DNA from: Microthrixaceae bacterium
GTDB taxonomy: Bacteria; Actinomycetota; Acidimicrobiia; Acidimicrobiales; VFJN01
Assembly: GCA_052390255.1 (NCBI GenBank)
Contig: JBQTHC010000039.1
Span: forward strand, 16,084 to 80,083
Reading direction: 5' to 3'
DNA: 64,000 nt
This document shows, piece by piece, positions 16,094 to 23,547 of the stretch. The notes beneath the pieces are model-generated. The model worked only from the letters and a program-made list of their open reading frames with translations, ran no database searches and was not told the origin of the DNA. Each line of letters starts with the position of its first letter. Positions within the stretch are counted from its first letter, which is position 1. The translations under genes and the position numbers were made by a program.

Positions 16094-16770
16094 GCCTCGT
16101 CGTCACCACCGTTTCCGGTGGCCTCGACTCGGTGACGCTCGCGCACTCGCTCGCGGCCGACGGCGCCGCGCTCGTCGCGCTGTCGTTCGACTACGGGCAG
16201 CGCCACGCGAAGGAGCTCGAGCTCGCCGCGCGGTGTGCCGACCGGCTCGGCGCCGAGCACCACGTGGTCGACCTCCGGTCGGTCGGCGCGCTGCTCACCG
16301 GCTCGGCGCTCACGGATCGCAACGTGGATGTTCCGGAAGGCCACTACACGGACGCGTCGATGGCCTCGACGGTCGTGGCGAACCGCAACGCGATCATGCT
16401 GTCGGTCGCGATCGGCGTGGCCGTGGCTCGGGGTGCCGACGCTGTCGCCACCGCGGTCCACGCCGGCGACCACACCGTGTATCCCGACTGCCGGCCCGAG
16501 TTCATCGCCGCGATCGAGCACGAGGCGCTCGTCGCGAACGAGGGCTTCATCCAGGACGGGTTCCGGGTGCTCGCACCGTTCCTGCTCGTGTCGAAGGCCG
16601 AGATCGTGCGACGCGGTGCCGCGCTCGACGTGCCGTTCGCAGAGACGTGGTCGTGCTACGTCGGCGGCGCGACGCACTGCGGGCGGTGCGGCACTTGCGT
16701 CGAGCGCCGCGAGGCGTTCGAGCTGGCCGGCGTGTCGGATCCCACCGCGTACGCCCAGGTGTCGGCATGA
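16090..16770 (+). CDS. queC: 7-cyano-7-deazaguanine synthase
   Basis: GTG overlaps the queF stop (GTGA). PP-loop 'SGGLDS'. C-terminal zinc cluster 'CYVGGATHCGRCGTC'. Confidence 0.9.
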   Translation: MSLVVTTVSGGLDSVTLAHSLAADGAALVALSFDYGQRHAKELELAARCADRLGAEHHVVDLRSVGALLTGSALTDRNVDVPEGHYTDASMASTVVANRNAIMLSVAIGVAVARGADAVATAVHAGDHTVYPDCRPEFIAAIEHEALVANEGFIQDGFRVLAPFLLVSKAEIVRRGAALDVPFAETWSCYVGGATHCGRCGTCVERREAFELAGVSDPTAYAQVSA

Positions 16771-17141
16771 GCTTCACGATCGCGAAGCGCTTCGAGTTCT
16801 CGGCGTCGCACGTGCTCACCGCCGTACCCGAGGACCACAAGTGCCGGAGGCTGCACGGTCACAACTACGAGGTGGAGGTGATCTGCGCGGCCGACGCGCT
16901 CGACGCCCGCGGCATGGTGGTGGACTACTTCGACCTCGATCCGGTGAAGCGCTTCATCGACGACACGATCGACCACCGGCACCTCAACGACGTGCTCCCC
17001 GGCGAGCCCACCGCAGAGGTGCTCGCCCGCTGGTTGTTCGAGTCCCTCACCAACGTGCTCGACGCTGCGGTCGCCGAGCGCGTCGTGGCGGTCCGGGTCC
17101 ACGAGACGCCGAAGACATGGGCCGAGTACCGGCCGAGCTGA
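16767..17141 (+). CDS. queD: 6-carboxy-5,6,7,8-tetrahydropterin synthase
   Basis: ATGA overlap with queC. 'FEFSASHVL' and 'RLHGHNYEVEV' are the His-triad motifs. Confidence 0.9.
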   Translation: MSFTIAKRFEFSASHVLTAVPEDHKCRRLHGHNYEVEVICAADALDARGMVVDYFDLDPVKRFIDDTIDHRHLNDVLPGEPTAEVLARWLFESLTNVLDAAVAERVVAVRVHETPKTWAEYRPS

Positions 17142-17842
17142 CCGCGGACGAGGGCGACGCGCTCGTCGTCGCGGAGGTGTTCGGTCCTACCTTCCAAGGC
17201 GAAGGCCCGTCGATCGGCAGGCGCGCCGGGTTCGTGCGACTCGGTCGCTGCAACCTGGACTGCGCGTGGTGCGATACGCCGTACACCTGGGACTGGCAGC
17301 GCTACGACCCCGCAATCGAGCTGCGGCGCATGGCGGTGGCCGACGTGCTCTCGAAGCTCGACGCGATGGCCCCGGAGATCGTGGTCATCACTGGTGGCGA
17401 GCCGCTGCTGCAGCAACGCCGCCTCGTGCCGCTGCTGCAGGGCTGCGCGGAGCGGGACTGGCCCGTCGAGATCGAGACGAACGGCACGCTCGCTCCCGCG
17501 CCCGAGGTGACGTCGCTCGTGCATCAGTGGAACGTGTCACCCAAGCTCGCCAACAGCGGCGTCGCCAGCGATGTGCGCCTCCGACCTGACGCGCTCGCCG
17601 CGCTCTCAGCGACCGGCGCAGCGGTGTTCAAGTTCGTGGTGACGCAAGCAGCCGAGCTCGACGAGGTCGCGGAGATCGTCGACGCACACGGCCTCGAGCG
17701 CGTGTGGGTCATGCCCGAGGGCACCGACGCCGCGACGTTGACCGAGCGCACACGTTCGCTCGCCGAGCCGGTTCTCGCCCGCGGCTGGAACCTCACACCG
17801 CGCCTGCACGTGCTGCTCTGGGGTGACGAGCGCGGCCGCTGA
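17117..17842 (+). CDS. queE: 7-carboxy-7-deazaguanine synthase (radical SAM)
   Basis: 'FQGEGPSIGRRAGFVRLGRCNLDCAWCDT' contains the CxxxCxxC motif. The start is approximate; the ATG at 17117 overlaps queD by 25 nt. Confidence 0.85.
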   Translation: MGRVPAELTADEGDALVVAEVFGPTFQGEGPSIGRRAGFVRLGRCNLDCAWCDTPYTWDWQRYDPAIELRRMAVADVLSKLDAMAPEIVVITGGEPLLQQRRLVPLLQGCAERDWPVEIETNGTLAPAPEVTSLVHQWNVSPKLANSGVASDVRLRPDALAALSATGAAVFKFVVTQAAELDEVAEIVDAHGLERVWVMPEGTDAATLTERTRSLAEPVLARGWNLTPRLHVLLWGDERGR

Positions 17843-17859
17843 GGCCGATCCGCTGGTCC

Positions 17860-18339
17860 TCAGCTGCTCGATGTGTCGGAGGAAGAACGCGCCTTCGCTG
17901 CCGCGCCGAGCGCGGCGAGCGAGCTCGGGAGCTCCGTGCGACCGACCTGGCGAGCCCGGATCCGAGCCAGCAGCACCCGACGCCAGAAGGTCGCTGGGTG
18001 CAGCTCCATCGAGACCGCCACCCGGCTCCCCGCCGGATCCGGGTTCACGGTCCACGCCCACAGCGCGTACGACGGGTTCCCGTCGTCGGTGCACGAGCGG
18101 TAGTGGAAGCGCCCCTCACCGGGGTCGACGGCAGTGATGCGCGACCTGCTGTTCCACCGCTGGCCCAGCGCCCGCACCTCCACCACCCACTCCGCGCCGG
18201 GCTCGAGCGCCGGCAGCGGCTCGACGACCCTGACGATGGCGTCGTTCCACTCCGGGAGGTGCGCGATGTCGGTCAGGGTGCCGAAGACGGCACCCGGGCT
18301 GGCGTCCAGAACCGCCTCGGCAGTCTTCGTGATGGTCAT
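17860..18339 (-). CDS. SRPBCC (START/polyketide-cyclase-like) family protein
   Basis: ATG at 18339 is preceded by GAGGGGAG. 'VFGTLTDIAHLPEWNDAI' is typical of SRPBCC proteins. Confidence 0.75.
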   Translation of the reverse strand: MTITKTAEAVLDASPGAVFGTLTDIAHLPEWNDAIVRVVEPLPALEPGAEWVVEVRALGQRWNSRSRITAVDPGEGRFHYRSCTDDGNPSYALWAWTVNPDPAGSRVAVSMELHPATFWRRVLLARIRARQVGRTELPSSLAALGAAAKARSSSDTSSS

Positions 18340-18426
18340 GGCTGCTCCCCTCACTATTCAAGCGATGCCTTGAACAGTGCAGGACATGAGGTCGATTGTC
18401 AAGCCAACGTTTGAGCTTGGGGTGGC

Positions 18427-19092
18427 TCAGCCCGTCACGTCGACGGGCAGCGAGGCCCGCCGCCACTCGGGGAAGCCGTCCTCGAGGCGACGAGCCGAGA
18501 ACCCGCGCCGCTGCAGCTCGCGCACGGCGTCGTCGGCGTACGCGCAGTATGGGCCGCGGCAGTACGCCACCACCTCGGCATCGGGCGGGAGCGCCTTGAT
18601 CTGCTTGCGCAGCTCGCCGAGCGGGACCGACCGCGCACCAGCGATGTGTCCGGCCGCGAACTCGGGCTCCGGCCGCACGTCGAACACGATGAGCGAACCT
18701 TCCTTCAGCCTCGACGCGAGCTCGTCCCGGCCGATCACGTCGATCCCTTCCCGATCACCGAGGTACGCGGCGACGAGGCGGTCGAGCCCGGCCGCGTGCT
18801 GCTCGGCGACGCCCCGGACCGCCCCCCACAGCTCGCTGACACGCTCGCTGGCCAACGAGTAGTAGATCCGTGTGCCGTCGCGTCGGGTGGTGACGAGCCC
18901 TGCCCGCGCCAACGCGCGCAAGTGGTGCGAGGTGTTCGCCACGCTCTGGTCGATCTCTGCCGCGATCTCCTCGACGGACCGCTCCCCTTGGGCGAGCACG
19001 TCCACGATCTCGGCGCGGCGGCCGCTCGAAAGCGCCTTCGTCACGGCTGCGAAGCCCTCGAACAGTGCATCCTTCGCTACTCGACTCCCCAT
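18427..19092 (-). CDS. ArsR/SmtB-family transcriptional regulator fused to a rhodanese domain
   Basis: ATG at 19092. ArsR wHTH 'GERSVEEIAAEIDQSVANTSHHLRALARAGLV'. C-terminal rhodanese domain 'VFDVRPEPEFAAGHIAGA...VAYCRGPYC'. Confidence 0.85.
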   Translation of the reverse strand: MGSRVAKDALFEGFAAVTKALSSGRRAEIVDVLAQGERSVEEIAAEIDQSVANTSHHLRALARAGLVTTRRDGTRIYYSLASERVSELWGAVRGVAEQHAAGLDRLVAAYLGDREGIDVIGRDELASRLKEGSLIVFDVRPEPEFAAGHIAGARSVPLGELRKQIKALPPDAEVVAYCRGPYCAYADDAVRELQRRGFSARRLEDGFPEWRRASLPVDVTG

Positions 19093-19115
19093 GGCGCAGC
19101 AGTCTATCTCAATCC

Positions 19116-19176
19116 TCAAATGAGTGTTTGACATCCGGTCCAGCGCATGCGATTCTTCAAACATCCACTTGATGAA
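19116..19176. promoter_or_regulatory. Two inverted repeats in the divergent arsR / methyltransferase intergenic region (candidate ArsR operators)
   Basis: IR1 is TCAAA-TGAGTG-TTTGA (19116..19131, perfect). IR2 is TTCTTCAA-N8-TTGATGAA (19153..19176, 7 of 8 matching). The region is locally AT-rich. A TTGACA hexamer lies at 19128..19133. Confidence 0.35.
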
Positions 19177-19190
19177 CAGGGGGGAACACC

Positions 19191-19967
19191 ATGGCTGACA
19201 CGATCCCGGTCGACCCAGAGGCGCTGCGCGCCGACGTCCGTGAGAAGTACCGCGAGGTCGCGCTGCAGCCTGGCGGGACGTTCCACTTCCACACCGGTCG
19301 TCCGCTCGCCGCGCTGCTCGGCTATGCCGACGCGATCGTCGACTCGCTGCCCGACCGTGCCGTCGAGTCCTTCGCCGGCGTCGGGAACCCCTTCTCGCTC
19401 CGGCCACTCGGGGCCGGCGAGCACGTCGTCGACCTCGGCTCGGGCGGCGGGTTCGACTGCTTCGTCGCCGCGGCGAGCGTCGGTTCCGAAGGCCACGTGA
19501 TCGGCGTGGACATGACGCCCGAGATGCTCGCCAAGTCGCGCGCGACCGCGGAGCTGCTGGGCTTGGGCAACGTGGAGTTCCGTGAGGGCATCCTCGAGGA
19601 GCTCCCCGTCGAGGACGGGTGGGCCGACGTGGTGATCTCGAACGGTGTGATCAACCTCTGTGCCGACAAGCCCGCGGTGTTCGCGCAGGCCTTCCGGGCG
19701 CTGCGGCCGGGTGGGATCATCCAGTTCGCCGACATCGCGAACGGCAAGCCCGTGCCCGAGGCCGCGGTGTGCGAGATCGACCTGTGGACCGGCTGCATCG
19801 CCGGCGGCCTCCCCACCGCCGAATGGGAGGCGGTCATCGAAGAAGCCGGCTTCGTCGACCTGTCGGTGGGGATGCCCGTCGACGCCTTCGGCGGCTCCGC
19901 TGGTGAGCCCAACGCGCGCGCCTACGACGTGTCCGCCCACGTGTTCCTCGCCCGCAAGCCGGGCTGA
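19191..19967 (+). CDS. ArsM/AS3MT-like class I SAM-dependent methyltransferase
   Basis: SAM motif 'VVDLGSGGGFD' plus 'VVISNGVINL...KPAVFAQAFRALRPGG' and 'WTGCIAGG'. Of the four canonical ArsM cysteine contexts, only the 'GC(I/V)AG' one is recognisable. Confidence 0.7.
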   Translation: MADTIPVDPEALRADVREKYREVALQPGGTFHFHTGRPLAALLGYADAIVDSLPDRAVESFAGVGNPFSLRPLGAGEHVVDLGSGGGFDCFVAAASVGSEGHVIGVDMTPEMLAKSRATAELLGLGNVEFREGILEELPVEDGWADVVISNGVINLCADKPAVFAQAFRALRPGGIIQFADIANGKPVPEAAVCEIDLWTGCIAGGLPTAEWEAVIEEAGFVDLSVGMPVDAFGGSAGEPNARAYDVSAHVFLARKPG

Positions 19968-20064
19968 GGCCCTTACGTCCCCCGAATCGGGTCCTTGGTC
20001 CCTGTCCCTTGTGCCGAGCGCGGGCGTGAGATGAGGGCGTACACCGACCAAGGAGGCGACCCAG

Positions 20065-20289
20065 ATGATGTGGTGGGGAAGCGACTGGAGCTGGAGCGCA
20101 TGGCTCGCGATGAGCGTGACGATGGTGGCGTTCTGGGGTCTGCTGATCTGGGCGGTGGCGCGCTTCGTGCAGAGCGCCCTCCCGGGCCGTCGCCGGCCCG
20201 AGGACGTGCTGGCCGATCGGTATGCCGCAGGCGAGATCGACGAGGACGAGTACCGGCGACGGCGCGAGGTGCTGAGCCCTCGGCGCTGA
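20065..20289 (+). CDS. SHOCT-domain small membrane protein
   Basis: Strong RBS AAGGAGG. One TM helix, then 'LADRYAAGEIDEDEYRRRREVL', the SHOCT motif. Confidence 0.8.
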   Translation: MMWWGSDWSWSAWLAMSVTMVAFWGLLIWAVARFVQSALPGRRRPEDVLADRYAAGEIDEDEYRRRREVLSPRR

Positions 20290-20344
20290 GGTCCCAGCCG
20301 TCGTCACATGAAGACGCGCGTCGCGCGCCGCCCGCGGCCGAGCC

Positions 20345-21616
20345 ATGACCGCGCTCGCCTCGCGACCCCGCTCGGGGACGCAGCTCGGGCTCCAGGCGAA
20401 CCTCGCGCAGTTCGCGCTGCTCGTCGGCGTCAACGCGCTCGTCGGCGGGATGCTCGGACAGGAGCGCACCGTCCTCCCGCTGCTCGCGACCGAGGAGTTC
20501 GGGCTCACGGCGTTCACCGCCACGCTCACGTTCATCGCGGCCTTCGGTGTGGTGAAGGCCGCGACGAACTTCTTCGCGGGCACGCTGTCTGACCGATACG
20601 GCCGCAAGCCGGTCCTCGTCGCCGGGTGGCTGATCGCCCTCCCGATCCCACCCCTGCTGATGTGGGCGCCCTCGTGGAGCTGGGTGATCGCCGCCAACGC
20701 GCTCCTCGGCGTCAACCAAGGTCTCACGTGGTCGACGACGGTGATCATGAAGATCGACCTCGTCGGTCCTGCGCGCCGGGGGTTCGCGATGGGCCTCAAC
20801 GAGGCCGCTGGATACGGTGCGGTCGCCGCCACCGCACTCGCGACGGGCTTCATCGCGGACCGCTTCGGCCTTCGGCCAGAACCGTTCTTCCTCGGCCTCG
20901 CGTTCGCGGGCCTCGGCGTCGGCCTGTCCACGCTCTTCGTGCGCGAGACGCATGGACACGTGGCGCTCGAGGCGCACGAGCACCAGGCGCGGCACGTCGA
21001 CGACCACGATCGGCTGACGACGGCCGACGTCTTCCGCCTCACGAGCTTCCGCGAGCGTGCGCTGTCGTCGTGCAGCCAGGCTGGGCTCGTCAACAACCTC
21101 AACGACGGCCTCGCGTGGGGCCTTTTCCCGTTGCTGTTCGCGGCCGCGGGGCTGAGCGTGGCGCGCATCGGCGTCCTCGCCGCGCTGTACCCAGCGGTGT
21201 GGGGGGTGGGGCAGCTCCTCACCGGGGCGCTGTCCGACCGTGTCGGGCGCAAGCAGCTCATCGTGGCGGGCATGCTCACGCAGGCGGCCGCGTTGGCGTG
21301 GATCGCGGGCACGACCGGGTTCGGCCCGTGGGCCCTGGGCGCAGCTGCCCTCGGGGCCGGAACTGCGATGGTGTACCCCACGCTCCTCGCGGCGATCGGA
21401 GATGTGGCGCACCCCAGCTGGCGCGCGCGATCGGTGGGCGTCTACCGCCTCTGGCGCGACGGCGGGTTCGCCGTTGGCGCGCTGATGGCCGGCCTCCTCG
21501 CCGACGCGCTCTCCATCCGCGCCGCGATCTGGGTCGTCGCTGCGCTCACGGCCGCCTCAGGCCTCGTCGTCCTGCTGCGCATGTACGAGACCCACCCCAC
21601 CAACCAACGTCTGTGA
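20345..21616 (+). CDS. MFS transporter
   Basis: The 423-aa protein has about 12 TM segments and MFS loops 'GTLSDRYGRKP' and 'GALSDRVGRKQ'. Its last 7 codons and stop lie inside palindromic repeat copy A. Confidence 0.85.
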   Translation: MTALASRPRSGTQLGLQANLAQFALLVGVNALVGGMLGQERTVLPLLATEEFGLTAFTATLTFIAAFGVVKAATNFFAGTLSDRYGRKPVLVAGWLIALPIPPLLMWAPSWSWVIAANALLGVNQGLTWSTTVIMKIDLVGPARRGFAMGLNEAAGYGAVAATALATGFIADRFGLRPEPFFLGLAFAGLGVGLSTLFVRETHGHVALEAHEHQARHVDDHDRLTTADVFRLTSFRERALSSCSQAGLVNNLNDGLAWGLFPLLFAAAGLSVARIGVLAALYPAVWGVGQLLTGALSDRVGRKQLIVAGMLTQAAALAWIAGTTGFGPWALGAAALGAGTAMVYPTLLAAIGDVAHPSWRARSVGVYRLWRDGGFAVGALMAGLLADALSIRAAIWVVAALTAASGLVVLLRMYETHPTNQRL

Positions 21617-21668
21617 ACCCTGGCGTCCGCATGGCGGCCGTGGCGGTTCACAGACGTTGGTTGGTGGG
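21596..21668. repeat. Palindromic intergenic repeat, TCTGTG...CACAGA superfamily, copy A
   Basis: 24-bp perfect arms CCCACCAACCAACGTCTGTGAACC / GGTTCACAGACGTTGGTTGGTGGG with a 25-nt loop. It sits exactly between the convergent MFS and kinase genes. Confidence 0.9.
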
Positions 21669-21672
21669 TTGG

Positions 21673-22740
21673 TCAGACGGGCCTGACCGGCGCACCCGTC
21701 AGTGCGGTGAGGCGGCGAGCGAACGACGCGCCGCTCACGAGCCACGGGTGGCCACGGCGGTCGTCGAGCTCGCCGGCCGCCGCCCACGTCGCGACCTCGA
21801 CGAGCGATCGCAGGCACACCACGCCCTCGTGCCACCGCAACGACGCCGGATCCACGGGAGCGCCGCTGACGCGCTCGTAGTGGCGCACGAATCGGCGGGA
21901 CAGCGCGCGTGCTACTGCGCGCACCGGTGGCCGGGCCGCGCGCGGCAGCGCGAGCGGCGGCTCGGCGAGCAGCAGCGAGGTGAAGGCCACGTCGTAGGCA
22001 GCGGGGCCGAGGAGGCTGGCTGACCAGTCGAGCACCGTCGCCCGGCCAGCGTCGTCGACGAGGACGTTGAACGGGTGCAGGTCGCCATGGCACACCACCT
22101 CGGGCGCGGGGGCGGGCGGGTGGTCGGTCAGCCACCGACCGGCCGCGGCGAGGTCGTCGCGCCCAGCGCTGGCGGCGGCGTCGATCAGCGCGCCGAGGAA
22201 CGTCGTGACGTCCAGCGCGGGGGAGCCGTGGGCCTCGAGGCGGCGACGGACCGGTGCGGCATCGAGGGCGTGGAGTCGAGCCATCGCGTCGGCGAGGGTC
22301 GCGGGCAGCGAGCGCGCCAGCGAGGGCAGGCGCGCGATCGCGCTCCCGCCGGCGAGCCCGCTGAGCAGCGGTGCACCCGCGGCGAGGTCCATCACCATGA
22401 ACGCGCGACCGAGCCCTGCGTCGGGCCCACCGGACAGCCGCACCTGCGGCGTCGGGAACCCGCTGGCGGCCACCTCGGCTTGCACGGCCATCTCCTTGGC
22501 TGCCGTCGCTGCATCTGGCATCAGCCGGGCGACGAGAGGGTGGTCCCAGCCCGGTGGCGCCCCGGCAAGCGAGAACGACACGAGCTCAGCCCAGAACCCG
22601 CCACGCAACGGGACCGGCGGGCTCGCGAAGCGGAGCAAGGGGCTGTCCGTGGCGCCCCGCAGCACGCGCAGCAGGTCCTCATCGAGGCGTCCCTGGGGCT
22701 CCGCCTCGTGCAGGGCGTCGACGTCGGTCGCATCAGTCAC
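21673..22740 (-). CDS. Phosphotransferase (APH/choline-kinase-like) family protein
   Basis: GTG at 22740 inside track ORF 21673..23523. Catalytic loop 'VVCHGDLHPFNVLV' and 'VLDWS'. Confidence 0.8.
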   Translation of the reverse strand: MTDATDVDALHEAEPQGRLDEDLLRVLRGATDSPLLRFASPPVPLRGGFWAELVSFSLAGAPPGWDHPLVARLMPDAATAAKEMAVQAEVAASGFPTPQVRLSGGPDAGLGRAFMVMDLAAGAPLLSGLAGGSAIARLPSLARSLPATLADAMARLHALDAAPVRRRLEAHGSPALDVTTFLGALIDAAASAGRDDLAAAGRWLTDHPPAPAPEVVCHGDLHPFNVLVDDAGRATVLDWSASLLGPAAYDVAFTSLLLAEPPLALPRAARPPVRAVARALSRRFVRHYERVSGAPVDPASLRWHEGVVCLRSLVEVATWAAAGELDDRRGHPWLVSGASFARRLTALTGAPVRPV

Positions 22741-22743
22741 GGT

Positions 22744-22762
22744 GTTTACCGTAACGGTAAAC
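22744..22762. promoter_or_regulatory. 19-bp perfect palindrome GTTTACCGTAACGGTAAAC in a 39-bp divergent intergenic region (candidate MerR operator)
   Basis: Perfect dyad. It overlaps a TTTACC-N17-TATTGT promoter-like arrangement whose -10 hexamer ends 6 nt before the MerR GTG at 22780. Confidence 0.5.
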
Positions 22763-22779
22763 TGTGATATTGTCCAGCC

Positions 22780-23547
22780 GTGCCTGCACCTGCCTCCACG
22801 ACTGCCGCCGCCGAGACGTCCGGCGCGGAGCCCGCTGCCTTCACGGTCGACGAGCTCGCGCAGCGGTGCGGACTCCCTGTCCGCACGATCCGCGAGTACC
22901 AGACGATGGGCCTGGTCCCCGCGCCGGAACGCCGCGGGCGCGTCGGCATCTACGGCGCAACCCACCTCGCCCGCCTCGAGCTCATCGACCGACTCCAGCG
23001 GCGGGGGTACTCCCTCGCTGGGATCCGCGACCTCCTCGCCTCGTGGCGTGAGGGCGCTGACCTCGGTGAGGTCCTCGGGCTGAACGCCGACCAGCTCGTG
23101 CACCTCGACGAGCCCGGTGCGCCCGCGACGCTCGACCAGCTCGCACACCTGCTCCCGGGCGTGGTGCCGGAGCGATTGGAGGAGCTCATCGGCACCGGGG
23201 CCGTCGAGGCGTGCGGCACGGATCGGTACTGCGTTCCGAGCCCGTCGCTGCTGCTCCTCGCCGCGGAAGCGCTCGCCGCGGGCTACCGGGCGGGCGACGC
23301 GCTCGCGCTGCTCAGCTCGATCCGCATCGCAACCGACGCGATCGCCGACGCAACGGTCGCGCTCCTGGCCTCCCCACCCGTCGACGCCGACCCCGATCGG
23401 CTGGCTGCGCTCACCACGCGCGGCCGCGGGCTGCTGGCACACGCCACCGGACGGCTCACGATCCACACGATCGGCCGCCGGCTCGGCCTCGACACGCGCC
23501 CCGACCCCACCGCCCGATCGCACGATCGCCTCGGCGGCACCCGATGA
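22780..23547 (+). CDS. MerR-family transcriptional regulator
   Basis: 'FTVDELAQRCGLPVRTIREYQTMGLVPAPERRGRVGIYGATHLARLELIDRLQRRGYSLAGIRDLL' is a MerR wHTH plus coiled coil. Confidence 0.85.
   Translation: MPAPASTTAAAETSGAEPAAFTVDELAQRCGLPVRTIREYQTMGLVPAPERRGRVGIYGATHLARLELIDRLQRRGYSLAGIRDLLASWREGADLGEVLGLNADQLVHLDEPGAPATLDQLAHLLPGVVPERLEELIGTGAVEACGTDRYCVPSPSLLLLAAEALAAGYRAGDALALLSSIRIATDAIADATVALLASPPVDADPDRLAALTTRGRGLLAHATGRLTIHTIGRRLGLDTRPDPTARSHDRLGGTR

Noticed and set aside
14308-16677. 789-aa minus-strand ORF spanning the beta-propeller, queF and queC region
   Set aside because: It is antisense to genes with clear catalytic motifs. Its product is Arg/His/Asp/Gly-rich low-complexity sequence with no family features. 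This is typical of shadow ORFs in about 70% GC DNA.
18357-18374. TTCAAG-N6-CTTGAA inverted repeat upstream of the SRPBCC gene, considered as an operator or promoter
   Set aside because: It is a short 6-bp dyad with no adjacent regulator gene to link it to and no convincing -35/-10 context. It could arise by chance.
19191-19967. Calling the methyltransferase a bona fide arsenite methyltransferase (arsM)
   Set aside because: Three of the four cysteine contexts used by characterised ArsM enzymes are missing, so the gene symbol is withheld. The family-level call (AS3MT-like) is kept.
22741-23523. N-terminal 261 codons of the 616-aa track ORF (kinase gene)
   Set aside because: This part runs antisense through the well-supported MerR gene. 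The kinase-family sequence begins only at the GTG at 22740.
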